Origin: an uncultured Actinomycetes bacterium
GTDB taxonomy: Bacteria; Actinomycetota; Thermoleophilia; UBA2241
Direction of reading: 5' to 3'
NCBI GenBank assembly: GCA_963709345.1
Contig: CAVPVX010000011.1
Location: 320,001-384,000 of the forward strand
Length of the DNA: 64,000 bases
Shown here: positions 26,567 through 35,902 of the stretch, one piece after another
Layout of the letters: every line of letters begins with the position of its first letter
Position numbering within the stretch: the stretch's first letter is position 1
Made by a program: the position numbers and the translations under genes
Notes under the pieces: generated by a model
Seen by the model: only the letters and a program-made list of their open reading frames with translations
What the model was told of the DNA's origin: nothing
The model's database searches: none

Positions 26567-28138
26567 TCAGCCTCCTTCGCCGAACTGGTCGTGGGCCAGG
26601 TCGACGGCGCGCAGGAGCGCCGCGGCCTTGTTCTGCGTCTCTTCGTACTCCCTCGCCGGAACGGAGTCGGCGACGATGCCGGCGCCGGCTTGCATGTGCG
26701 CGACGCCGTCCTTGACGAGCACCGTGCGGATGCAGATGGCGGTGTCGAGGTCGCCGCCGTAGCTGAGGTAGCCGATGGCGCCGGCGTAGGGACCGCGACG
26801 CACCGTCTCGAGCTCGTCGACGATCTGCATGGCGCGGACTTTGGGGGCGCCGCTCACGGTGCCTGCGGGGAAGGCCGCCTTGAGCGCATCGGTCGGCTCG
26901 ACCCCCGGCGCCAGCGTTCCGCTCACCGAGGAGACCATGTGGATGACGTGCGAGTACAACTCCATTCCCATGAAGTCATCTACCCGGACGCTGCCCGGGA
27001 CGCACACGCGGCCGAGGTCGTTGCGGCCGAGGTCGACCAGCATCACGTGCTCGGCGCGCTCCTTCTCGTCGGCGCGCAGGTCGTCGATGAGGCGCCGGTC
27101 CTCGGCGGGGCTCGCGCCTCGCCGCCGGGTGCCGGCGATCGGTCGCGTCTCGACGTGGTCGCCCTGCACGGTGATCAGAGGTTCCGGGCTGGAGCCGCAG
27201 AGAGCGAAGTCGTCGAAGGCGATGTAGTAGAGGTACGGGCTCGGGTTCACGGCCCGGAGGCCGCGATAGATCGAGAACGGCGAGACGTCGGCCGGCGTGC
27301 TGAAGCGCTGGGACAGCACGACCTGGAAGGCGTCGCCGTCGTAGATGTACTCGCGGATGCGCTCGACACCGGCTTCGTAACGCTCGCGGGTCATGGACGA
27401 GGTGACCGGCCGCGAGAGGGCGGGCTCGCCTGCGGCCGCCCGCCCCGCCCCGCCTGCCTCGGGGGCGGTGGTCAGGCGGCCGGCGGCGCCGGCGGGCAGG
27501 GGCGCGGCCAGCTTCTCGCGCACGTCGGCGATGCGTTCGAGCGCGCGCTCGTAGGGCCCGTCGACGTCGCGGCCCTCCACGAACGCGTTGGCGACGATCG
27601 TGATGCAGTGCTTGAGGTGATCGAAGACGAGCACCGTGTCCGCGAGCAGAAAGGCCATCTCGGGGAGGCCGAGGTCGTCCGGCGGCGCGTCGGGCAAGTT
27701 CTCCAGCCGTCGCACCAGGTCGTAGCCGAAGTAGCCGACGAGACCGCCGGCGAGCGGAGGCAGGGCGGCGGCTGCGCCGCCGCCCACCTCGCCGCTCGCC
27801 GGCGGCCGGTAGCTGCGCATGAGGTCGGCGACGGCGGTGAAGGGGTCGTCGTGCTCGACCTCGAGCCGGTCGCCGTTCTCCCGGACGATCAGGCGCCCGT
27901 CCGCGTAGGTCACGAGGGCGCGGGCGCCGACGCCGAGGAACGAGTAGCGGCCGAGGTGCCGGCCTTGCTCGGCGCTCTCCAGGAGGAAGCTGCGGCGCGG
28001 CGCGCCGAGCTTGAGAAAGGCGGAGACGGGCGTCTCGAGGTCGGAAACGAACGAGTGGGTGACGGGCAGGACGTTATGCGCCAGAGCGAGGCGGCGAGCC
28101 TCGTCTAGCTGCGGTGTGACTCGTATGTCCTTTGCCAC
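26567..28138 (-). CDS. trpE: Anthranilate synthase component I (exact start uncertain, see findings)
   Basis: DLETPVSAF, FLLES, FQVVLSQR, NPSPY, PIAGTR, EHVMLVDLGRND, PAGTVSGAPK, AGAGIVADS. Confidence 0.95.
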   Translation of the reverse strand: MAKDIRVTPQLDEARRLALAHNVLPVTHSFVSDLETPVSAFLKLGAPRRSFLLESAEQGRHLGRYSFLGVGARALVTYADGRLIVRENGDRLEVEHDDPFTAVADLMRSYRPPASGEVGGGAAAALPPLAGGLVGYFGYDLVRRLENLPDAPPDDLGLPEMAFLLADTVLVFDHLKHCITIVANAFVEGRDVDGPYERALERIADVREKLAAPLPAGAAGRLTTAPEAGGAGRAAAGEPALSRPVTSSMTRERYEAGVERIREYIYDGDAFQVVLSQRFSTPADVSPFSIYRGLRAVNPSPYLYYIAFDDFALCGSSPEPLITVQGDHVETRPIAGTRRRGASPAEDRRLIDDLRADEKERAEHVMLVDLGRNDLGRVCVPGSVRVDDFMGMELYSHVIHMVSSVSGTLAPGVEPTDALKAAFPAGTVSGAPKVRAMQIVDELETVRRGPYAGAIGYLSYGGDLDTAICIRTVLVKDGVAHMQAGAGIVADSVPAREYEETQNKAAALLRAVDLAHDQFGEGG

Positions 28139-28218
28139 GGGCCAATCATGTGACACCTCCGGTGAGCACTCGGCCCAACGTCGTCACGCGCTCGCCGTTC
28201 CGGCAAGCGGTGGTGGAA

Positions 28219-28247
28219 ACGGTAGGACAGCGGGGGAGACGTGTCAA
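28219..28247 (-). promoter_or_regulatory. sigma70-type promoter of the trp operon
   Basis: TTGACA-N17-TACCGT on the minus strand. Confidence 0.7.
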
Positions 28248-28360
28248 CCGCGCCAGTGAACGATGCCGGACGGACGGGAAGGCGTGCATCACCGCGCGGG
28301 CGCGCGGGCCGCGTCCATCGTAGGCTTCCGGCACGATCAGGCTGTAAGGAGACCGAGACG

Positions 28361-28505
28361 ATGGAGTTCGAGAGCGTCATCCGCGGTCGGTGCGGCATCC
28401 GCGCGTACACGCCCGAGCCGGACGCCCCTGCGAAGACCTTCGAGCAGTCGCGCGCCGACCTTGGGCGAGATCGTCACCTGGGTCTGCGTGAACCGCTTGG
28501 CCTGA
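28361..28505 (+). pseudogene. Nitroreductase relic (N- and C-terminus only)
   Basis: AAGGAG upstream; MEFESVIRGRCGIRAYTPEP (RRSIRxY-like start) joined directly to a C-terminus-like ..SRADLGEIVTWV. Confidence 0.5.
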
Positions 28506-28508
28506 GCG

Positions 28509-29990
28509 ATGGATCTACTGCATCGAATCACGGCCGAGGACGCCCACCGGCGCCGCTGGCAGCTCCTCGTGCTCACGTCGGTCGGCGCCTTCATGGGGCC
28601 ACTGGACGGCTCCATCGTCTCGGTGGCGCTGCCGGCCATCGGCCCGGACCTGCGCCTCAGCTACGCCGCCGGGCTCTGGGTCCAGGCGGCGTACCTGCTG
28701 GCCACCGCCGTGCTGCTGATCCCACTTGGCCGGCTGGCCGACATCTATGGGCGCGTGCGCTTCTACCTGCTCGGCATCGTCGTCTTCACGCTGGGCTCGC
28801 TGCTGGCGGTGGTCAGCATGAACGGCGCCTGGCTCATCGGCAGCCGGGTCGTGCAAGGCGCCGGCGGCGCCCTCATGGTGGCGACCGCGGCCGCCATCGT
28901 CACCGCGGTCTTCCCGCCGCAGGAGCGAGGCCGGGCGCTCGGTATCAACGTGATGGCCGTCTATATCGGGCTCAGCGTCGGCCCGCCGCTCGGCGGCATG
29001 CTCGTCGACACGCTGGGCTGGCGTTGGATATTCCTCATCAACCTGCCGATCGGTGTGGTGGTGCTCCTCTGGGGCTGGTTCATGCTGCCGCGCTCCGAGC
29101 GGGATGAGGACGCGCCGCGCGTCGACTTCGCCGGCGCGGCGTTGCTCGGCACGTTCCTGGTCAGCCTGCTGGTGCCGCTGACCTTCGCGGCGCAGTGGGG
29201 GTGGGCGGCGCCTCTCACCATCGGCCTGCTGGCTCTCTCGGTGGCGGCGCTCGCCGGATTCATCGTCGTCGAGCGCCACGTGGTCTCGCCGGTCCTGGAC
29301 CTCGACCTGCTCGCGCACAACCGCCTCTTTGCCGCCGCCAACAGCGCCGCGCTGCTCAACTACATGGCGCTTTTCGGGATCAGCGTCCTGACGGCGATCT
29401 TCCTCCAGGTCGTGCAGGGGCGCTCCGCTGCACTGACCGGGTGGCTCATGCTCAGCCAGCCGTTGCTCATGGCGGTGCTCAGCCCGTTCAGCGGGCGCCT
29501 GAGCGACCGTATCGGGTCGCGAGTGCTCACGACCGGCGGCATGGTGGCGATCGCCGCCGGCATGATCTTGCTCGCGACAATGCCGGCCACCGTTCCGGTG
29601 TGGCGGGTCGCGGTGAACCTGAGCGTTGTCGGGCTGGGCATGGCGGCGTTCAGCGCACCCAACGCTTCGGCGATCATGGGAAGCGTTCGGCGCGACCAGC
29701 TCAGCGTGGCAGGCGCCGTGATGGGGACGATGCGCACCGCCGGCCAGGCGCTCAGTGTCGCGCTGCTGGGCGGCATCGCCGCCAGCCAGTTGGGACGGCT
29801 GGGCGGACGTCTGCTGTTCACGCACGGGCAGGGGGCGGAGGGCGTGGGCGTGGCAGGCCGAGCGATCGACTCGTTCGCGCAGGGCTACAGCTACGCCATG
29901 CTCGCGGGCGCCGGTCTCGCGTTGCTCGGCGCCCTCGTCTCGCTCACGCGCGGCGCGGCTCATGGCGCCGGCGCGGACGGCCGCGGCTGA
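28509..29990 (+). CDS. MFS drug:H+ antiporter (DHA2, 14 TMS)
   Basis: LDGSIVSVALP, GRLADIYGR, RVVQGAG, ERGRALG, GWRWIFLINLPIG. Confidence 0.9.
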   Translation: MDLLHRITAEDAHRRRWQLLVLTSVGAFMGPLDGSIVSVALPAIGPDLRLSYAAGLWVQAAYLLATAVLLIPLGRLADIYGRVRFYLLGIVVFTLGSLLAVVSMNGAWLIGSRVVQGAGGALMVATAAAIVTAVFPPQERGRALGINVMAVYIGLSVGPPLGGMLVDTLGWRWIFLINLPIGVVVLLWGWFMLPRSERDEDAPRVDFAGAALLGTFLVSLLVPLTFAAQWGWAAPLTIGLLALSVAALAGFIVVERHVVSPVLDLDLLAHNRLFAAANSAALLNYMALFGISVLTAIFLQVVQGRSAALTGWLMLSQPLLMAVLSPFSGRLSDRIGSRVLTTGGMVAIAAGMILLATMPATVPVWRVAVNLSVVGLGMAAFSAPNASAIMGSVRRDQLSVAGAVMGTMRTAGQALSVALLGGIAASQLGRLGGRLLFTHGQGAEGVGVAGRAIDSFAQGYSYAMLAGAGLALLGALVSLTRGAAHGAGADGRG

Positions 29991-30283
29991 GGCGAGCGCG
30001 GGAGTGCGCTCCGCGGGCGGCGCCCCCGCCGCCCTCCGGCGCCGCTCGCCGGCATCTGCCGGGCCACGGGAGCCGGCGCACAAGGTACAAGGGCTCGCGG
30101 CCCCGCGCGGTCCATGTGCGGCGCAAGTATCAGCCTAAGGTAGAGAGTTAGACTCCGGCGGGTCCGACCCGCCGGCCCGCGCCTATCCGGCTCCAGACGT
30201 GCGAGCGGGCCGGCGGGAGGCGCTGCGCACCCCGCCGGCCCGTCCCGCCCCGCTACGGGCGCGGGGCCGCTCGGCTTGGTCTC

Positions 30284-30655
30284 TCAGGTCCTGACCGGCT
30301 GGTACTGCGAGCTGCCGAACCCGAGGACGATGTACATGATCATGGGGAAGAGGATCAGCAGGATGCCGAACCCCACCCCGTGGCCGAAGTTCTTGGCAAC
30401 GTCGAGGGCGACGATGATCCACATGATGAAGTTCACGAACGGGATGAAGAACAGGATGAGCCACCAGCCCGGGCGCCCCGCCACCTTGACGAGCAGATAG
30501 GTGTTGTAGATGGGGATGATGGCTCCCCAGCCCGGCCTGCCTGCCTTGGCGAACGTGGCCCACATCCCGGCGATGGCGAGAACGAGGAAGACGATGTAGA
30601 TGATGAGCCAGGTCCCCGAGAAGTAGACCTGCGTGACGGTATCGGTGTTGTCCAC
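30284..30655 (-). CDS. DUF5684-like small membrane protein
   Basis: AGGAGG RBS; WATFAKAGRPGWGAIIPIYN, VAKNFG.GVGF, LGFGSSQY. Confidence 0.8.
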   Translation of the reverse strand: MDNTDTVTQVYFSGTWLIIYIVFLVLAIAGMWATFAKAGRPGWGAIIPIYNTYLLVKVAGRPGWWLILFFIPFVNFIMWIIVALDVAKNFGHGVGFGILLILFPMIMYIVLGFGSSQYQPVRT

Positions 30656-30887
30656 GATGCGCCCTCCTGAGTTCGCCCCTTGCCGCCAATCGACGGTCAA
30701 GGCAGTTCTACCCGCTGTACGACACTTGGACGCCTGCCTCGATACTCATCGCGGATAGGTACGGCGATCTTTGAGTGACGCATCGGCCGGGTGCCGGCCG
30801 CACAGGACCGGGGTGGCCGGTCACAGAGTGAGGGCCGGGGCTGCGTGGCAGCCCCGGCCCTCGGGCCGATCCGTGAGCGCCGTGACG

Positions 30888-31586
30888 CTACTGCAGCGGC
30901 GGTGGGGGAGGCGGAGGCGAGCCCGCGGGCGGTGCGGCCGGCGGTTCCTCAGCCGGCGGCGCCGGCGGCGCGCTCGGTGTGGTGTCGGCCGGCGGCGTGA
31001 CCGGCGGAGTCACCGGCGGCTGCGGAGTCACCGGCGGCTGCGGAGTGACCGGCGGCTGCGACGGTGCGGCCGGCGGGGCCGGCGGAGCCGGCGGCGGTGC
31101 ATACGTGCCCCCGGCGGGAGGAGGCGGCGGCGGCGCGGCGCCCATGCCGCCCGCGGGAGCCGCGACGGGACCGATGTACTGAGCGTCACCGAAGCCGAGG
31201 ATGGGCGCGAACACGAAGCTGAGCAGCCACAGGCCGATGCCGTAGCCGGTGCCCTTGCCGAAGCACTTGGCCATGTCGAGGCAGCCCATCAGGAAGAGGA
31301 CGAACATGAGGATCCCCAGCACGATGTTCACGATCGGCAACCACGACAGGAGGACGTAGGCGAGGAAGACCCAGAACCACCAGCGCGGACGGCCGATGAT
31401 CTCCACCCACACCCACCAGTTGTAAACGGGGATGATGGCGGCCCAGCCCGGCTTGCCGGCCTTGACGTACATCTTCCAGAGGCCGATGACAGCGACGACG
31501 TAGATCGCGATGATGACGATGATGTAGATCGCCAGCAACGCGCCGAGTCCGCCCGCCTCCACGTTGTAGTTGTATTCGTAGTCCAT
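30888..31586 (-). CDS. DUF5684-like membrane protein with Pro-rich C-terminal tail
   Basis: KAGKPGWAAIIPVYN, AKCFGKGTGY, LGFGDAQYIGP; tandem paralog of 30284-30655. Confidence 0.8.
   Translation of the reverse strand: MDYEYNYNVEAGGLGALLAIYIIVIIAIYVVAVIGLWKMYVKAGKPGWAAIIPVYNWWVWVEIIGRPRWWFWVFLAYVLLSWLPIVNIVLGILMFVLFLMGCLDMAKCFGKGTGYGIGLWLLSFVFAPILGFGDAQYIGPVAAPAGGMGAAPPPPPPAGGTYAPPPAPPAPPAAPSQPPVTPQPPVTPQPPVTPPVTPPADTTPSAPPAPPAEEPPAAPPAGSPPPPPPPLQ
30992..31060. repeat. Coding tandem repeat (18-bp unit, PQPPVT x3 plus PPVT)
   Basis: (C/G)ACCGGCGGCTGCGGAGT units inside the Pro-rich tail. Confidence 0.7.
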
Positions 31587-31669
31587 GGCTTCCTCCTTGA
31601 TGCCCTGACGCCTTCTCCGGCGCTCTCGTGGGTGTTCCCTACCCGCGACCTGCTTCCTGCCTGCCGTTT

Positions 31670-31697
31670 CTATCGGCCGGGCGTGGCCGGGCCTTCA
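31670..31697 (-). promoter_or_regulatory. sigma28/WhiG-type promoter for the DUF5684 gene
   Basis: TGAAG-N15-GCCGATAG on the minus strand. Confidence 0.55.
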
Positions 31698-31792
31698 TTC
31701 CTCGGCAGCGCAGGCGGCGTTCGCGGTGGCATACTGAAGGGCGGTGATGAGTGACGCGTCAGCGCGGTGTGAAGACGACGGGAGGGGAGCGG

Positions 31793-32506
31793 ATGAGGGC
31801 GAACACTCCGAAGCGCATGGCGAGCGGTGTGTACCAGCTGGGCCTGGGGGGCGTGAACGTTTTCTTCGTCGAGCTCGACGACGGCGGCCTCGTGCTCGTC
31901 GATGCCGGCATCGAGCCGGGCGCGGAGCGCATCGGCGCGGGGGTGCGGGCGCTCGGCCGCGCGCCGAACGACGTTCGCGGCGTGGTGGTCACGCACCTGC
32001 ACGGCGACCACACCGGCGGCCTTGCCGCCGTCAAGGAGCACACCGGGGCTGAGGTCTGGATGCACCCGGCAGACGCGGCTGCCGTGCGCGAGGGCGTGCG
32101 CCGGCGGGCGCTCGAGCCCGGGCCGGGTCTTGTGCGCACTGTGATCGCGCGCGCGATCGAGCGTCGGCCCGCCTCCGGCGAGGCGCCCGTCGCCGTCGAG
32201 CACGAGGTCGAGGGCAGCGAGACGCTGCCGTTCGTCGGCCTTACGGCCGTGCATACGCCGGGGCACACGGCCGGGCACTTGGCGCTGCTGCTGCCCAGGG
32301 ACGGCGGCGTGCTGTTCGCGGGCGACGCCGCCACCAACTTCGGTCGCCTCGGCGCCGGGCCGATCTACGAGGACGTCGCGGAGGGGCGGCGGAGCCTCGA
32401 GAAGCTCGCCGCCCTGGACTTCGACGTCGCGCTCTTCTCGCACGGCCGGCCGATCCGCGGCGGGGCCAGCGAGCGCTTTCGTGCTCGCTGGGCGCCTCGC
32501 GGCTGA
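31793..32506 (+). CDS. Metallo-beta-lactamase fold hydrolase
   Basis: LVDAG, THLHGDHTGG, HTPGHTAGH, LFAGDA, FSHG. Confidence 0.88.
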   Translation: MRANTPKRMASGVYQLGLGGVNVFFVELDDGGLVLVDAGIEPGAERIGAGVRALGRAPNDVRGVVVTHLHGDHTGGLAAVKEHTGAEVWMHPADAAAVREGVRRRALEPGPGLVRTVIARAIERRPASGEAPVAVEHEVEGSETLPFVGLTAVHTPGHTAGHLALLLPRDGGVLFAGDAATNFGRLGAGPIYEDVAEGRRSLEKLAALDFDVALFSHGRPIRGGASERFRARWAPRG

Positions 32507-32917
32507 GGCGGCCGCGCACGCTTGGTCCACGGCCGGCGGCCTCGCGGTTGAGGCGTTCGCACCCGACCGGATTCCGGCCTGCCGCTGACGGTCGCTCAGT
32601 TTGTCCAAGAATGGTGCGTTGACGTCCGCATGGCGCGACGTATCGTGGGGCAACACGCGCCGCTTGGGGGTGCGCGAGTCTACCGGGGGAGGCGGTCTCA
32701 CGCGCAGCCGAGAAGGGAAGGCCTACCACATCCAAGCCACCATCGTTCGACGGCCGGGGGCTCTCGTCGTGCCGCTCCCGTTGGGCGACCACGTGCTCTT
32801 CTACCTGCTCGCCGACGGTTGCGAGTGGGTCGCCAAGACCGGGTTCCGCGCAAAATAGGGCCCCAGCCGGCGCGCTCCGGCGTGGGGCGTCAGCAGTCAA
32901 CCAGAAGCGGGGGGACC

Positions 32918-34234
32918 ATGAGAGTCCTTATCGTCGGCAGCGGCGGGGTGGGGGAATCCACGGCGGCGATCGCGAAGCGGCGGGATCCGGGCGGCGAGCT
33001 CTTCGAGAGGATGGTGCTGGCGGACTACGACCTGGCCAGGGCCCAGGCGGCGTCCGCCCGGATGGGCGACGAGAAGCGGTTCCCGGCCGAGCAGGTCGAC
33101 GCCGCCGACGTCGACGCGGTCGTCGCGCTGTGTGCGAAGTACGGCGTCGACGTGCTCTGCAGCTTCCTCCCGGTCGAGTTCAACCCGTACACGCTCCAGG
33201 CGGCGCTCAAGGCCGGGGTGCACCACATGGACGCGTCCACGACGTTGTCGGTGCCGCATCCCACCGACCCCTTCAACCAGGCCAACGTCGTCCTGGGTGA
33301 GACCGAGATCGCACTGAGCGCCGAGTTCGAGAAGATCGGCAAGCTGGGTCTCATGGGGATCGGTGTCGAGCCGGGCATGGCCGACTGGTATTGCCGCTAC
33401 GCCGCCGACCACTTCTTCGACGAGATCGACGAGATCGGCGTGCGCGACGGCGCCAACCTCGAGATCCCCGGCTTCAAGGGCATCAGCTTCGGCTTCTCGA
33501 TCTGGATGACGATCGAGGAGTGCACCAACCCCGCGGTCGTCTGGGAACGGGATCGCGGCTTCTACACGGTGCCGCCGCTCAGCGACCCGGAGCCGTTCTA
33601 CCTGCCGGAGGGCATCGGCTGGGTGGACGTCGCCCACGTGGAGCACGAAGAAGTCCTGCACGTCGGGTGGTTCGAGCATCTGCTCAAGGGCGTGAAGAAG
33701 GCGACCTTCAAGTACGCGCTGGGCGACGAGTTCATCCAGGCGATGGAGGTCTTCAAGTCGGTGAACATGCATTCGTTGAAGCCGGTGAGCATACGCGGCA
33801 GGGAGGTACGGCCGCGTGACGTGATCGAAGCGGCCGCGCCCGACCCCAACGAGATCGGCAAGCGCTACGTGGGGCAGACCTGCGCCGGGACCTGGGTGCG
33901 TGGGCGCAAGGACGGGCTGGAGCGCCAGGTCTACCTGTACCAGGTTGCCGACAACCAGGAGAGCGTGGCGCTCTACGGCACCCAGGGCGTGGTGGCGCAG
34001 ACGGCGTTCCCCGGGGTCATCGCCCTCGAGCTGCTGGCGACCGGCAAGCTCGCCGGCTACAAGGGCAACCCGGAGGCCGGCGTGTTCCCGGCGCAGGCGT
34101 TCACCTGCGACGACTTCGTCGCCGTGCAGAAGGAGTACGGGTTCCCCGGCGGCATGCTCGAGATGGACTCGGAGTACAAGCGGACGCTCGACCACGCCGG
34201 GTTCGTCGCGCCGGTCGCGGAGGCGGGCGCGTGA
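32918..34234 (+). CDS. Saccharopine dehydrogenase family protein (carboxynorspermidine dehydrogenase-like)
   Basis: VLIVGSGGVG, LADYDLARA, GIGVEPG, IGVRDG, TIEECTNP, VEHEEV, TFKYALG. Confidence 0.82.
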   Translation: MRVLIVGSGGVGESTAAIAKRRDPGGELFERMVLADYDLARAQAASARMGDEKRFPAEQVDAADVDAVVALCAKYGVDVLCSFLPVEFNPYTLQAALKAGVHHMDASTTLSVPHPTDPFNQANVVLGETEIALSAEFEKIGKLGLMGIGVEPGMADWYCRYAADHFFDEIDEIGVRDGANLEIPGFKGISFGFSIWMTIEECTNPAVVWERDRGFYTVPPLSDPEPFYLPEGIGWVDVAHVEHEEVLHVGWFEHLLKGVKKATFKYALGDEFIQAMEVFKSVNMHSLKPVSIRGREVRPRDVIEAAAPDPNEIGKRYVGQTCAGTWVRGRKDGLERQVYLYQVADNQESVALYGTQGVVAQTAFPGVIALELLATGKLAGYKGNPEAGVFPAQAFTCDDFVAVQKEYGFPGGMLEMDSEYKRTLDHAGFVAPVAEAGA

Positions 34235-35080
34235 GCCCCGGCGGAGGCGTCGCCGGAGGCCGCGAGGCGGTCGGCGTGGCCGGAGGCCCGGGTACGGGCG
34301 GATCAGCCTGCCGCCGGTTTGAGGGAAGGGTCGCCCTGGTCACCGGCGGCGCCTCGGGCATCGGGCTGGCGACGGCGGAGCGGCTGCTGGAAGAGGGAGC
34401 CGTCGTCGTGATCGCCGACCTGGACGGCGAGGCGGGGGAGGCCGCGGCGGCCGCGCTCCGCGGCCGCGGCCTCGAGGCCGCCGAGGCCGCGCGCTGCGAC
34501 GTGACGCGCGGAGATCAGGTGAAGGCGCTCGTGGAGGGCGTCGTCACCCGCCACGAGCGCCTCGATGTGCTCTTCAACAACGCCGGCATCTTCGAGCCCG
34601 GCGAGGTCCACGAGGTCGACGAGGAGGCGTGGGACCGGCAGCTCGACGTCAATCTGCGCTCGGTCTACCTGGTCTCGCGCCACGTGGTGCCGGTGATGCT
34701 CGCGCAGGGGTCCGGCACCGTCGTCAACAACGCCTCCGTCGCGGCGCTGGTCGGCGACCGCAGCGCCGCCGCCTACTGCGCGAGCAAGGGCGGCGTCGGC
34801 CAGTTGACGAAGGCGATGGCGCTCGACTACGCCACGCGCGGCATCCGCGTCAACGCCATCTGCTGCGGCGAGATCGACACACCGCTGTTCGCGCGCGAGT
34901 CGTACCAGATCGGCATGACGCCCGACGTCGTACCGCGAGCTGCTGAACGAGGCGCACCCGATCGGCCGCATCGGCCTGCCCTCCGAGGCGGCTGCGGCGG
35001 TCGCGTTCCTGGCCAGCGACGACGCGAGCTTCGTCACCGGCGTGCTGCTGCCGGTCGACGGCGGCTACAGCGCCATCTGA
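34231..35080 (+). CDS. Short-chain dehydrogenase/reductase; frameshift near 34930
   Basis: [24 protein letters not shown]; shifted frame [27 protein letters not shown] (TGA 35078-35080). Confidence 0.85.
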
Positions 35081-35091
35081 GGAGGGACGGC

Positions 35092-35872
35092 ATGCGCGGA
35101 CTCAGAGGAAAGGTGGCCCTCGTCACCGGCGGCTCTTCGGGCCTCGGCGAGGCGATCGCGTACCGCCTGGCGGAAGAGGGTGTGAGCGTCGCCGTCGGCG
35201 GCCGGGACGCGGCGAAGGCGGAGGCCGTCGCCGCGCGGGCGGCGGCTCGCTCGCGCGAGCACGGGTACGAGCACGAGCACGCGGTCGTGCTGGGCGACGT
35301 CTCCGTCGTCGCCGACTGCGATCGCCTGGTCACGGAAACGCTGAGCGCTCTGGGTGGCCTCGACATCCTCGTCAACTCGGCCGGCGTCTGGCTCGAGAAG
35401 CCCATCCTCGACACCAGCGAGGCCGACTGGGACTGGTGCGTCGACATCTGCCTGAAGGGCACGTACTTCATGTGCAAGGCGGCGCTGCGGCACATGATCC
35501 CTCGGCGGCGGCGGCGTGATCGTCAACCTGGCGAGCGACTCGGGGATCCACGGCGAGCCGGGCGCGGCCGTGTACTCGGCGGCCAAGGCCGGCGTTGTCA
35601 TGATGACGCGAGCTCTCGCCATCGACCACGGTCCGGACGGCGTGCGCGTCTGCAGCGTGAGCCCCGCGATCTTCGACACGCCCATGCTGGCGAACGCCAT
35701 CGCTACCGCGTCCGACCCGGTCGCGTACACAGACGGTATGGAGGACGCGTACCCGCTCAAGCGGATCGGCCGCCCGGAGGAGCTGGCGGCGGCCGTGGCC
35801 TTCCTTGCCAGTGACGACGGCGGGTTCGTCACCGGTCGCACGCTGGTCGTCGACGGTGGCGTGACGGCCTGA
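35092..35872 (+). CDS. Short-chain dehydrogenase/reductase; frameshift near 35503
   Basis: GGAGGG RBS; TGGSSGLG, VNSAG; shifted frame IVNLAS, YSAAKAG, FVTG..VDGG. Confidence 0.85.
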
Positions 35873-35902
35873 CGGCCGCCGCTCCCGGCCTGCGCGGGCG
35901 CG

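Noticed and set aside
28357-28375. CGATGGAGTTCG resembling a second fluoride riboswitch
   Set aside because: No closing P1 stem or GCTGATG..CT half; it is the start of the nitroreductase relic.
30992-31060. Short direct repeats as a possible CRISPR array
   Set aside because: 18-bp in-frame coding repeats without unique spacers; no cas genes.
34231-35814. Apparent 527-aa double-SDR fusion
   Set aside because: Produced by two frameshifts; SDR1 has its own stop at 35078-35080 and SDR2 its own RBS and ATG.
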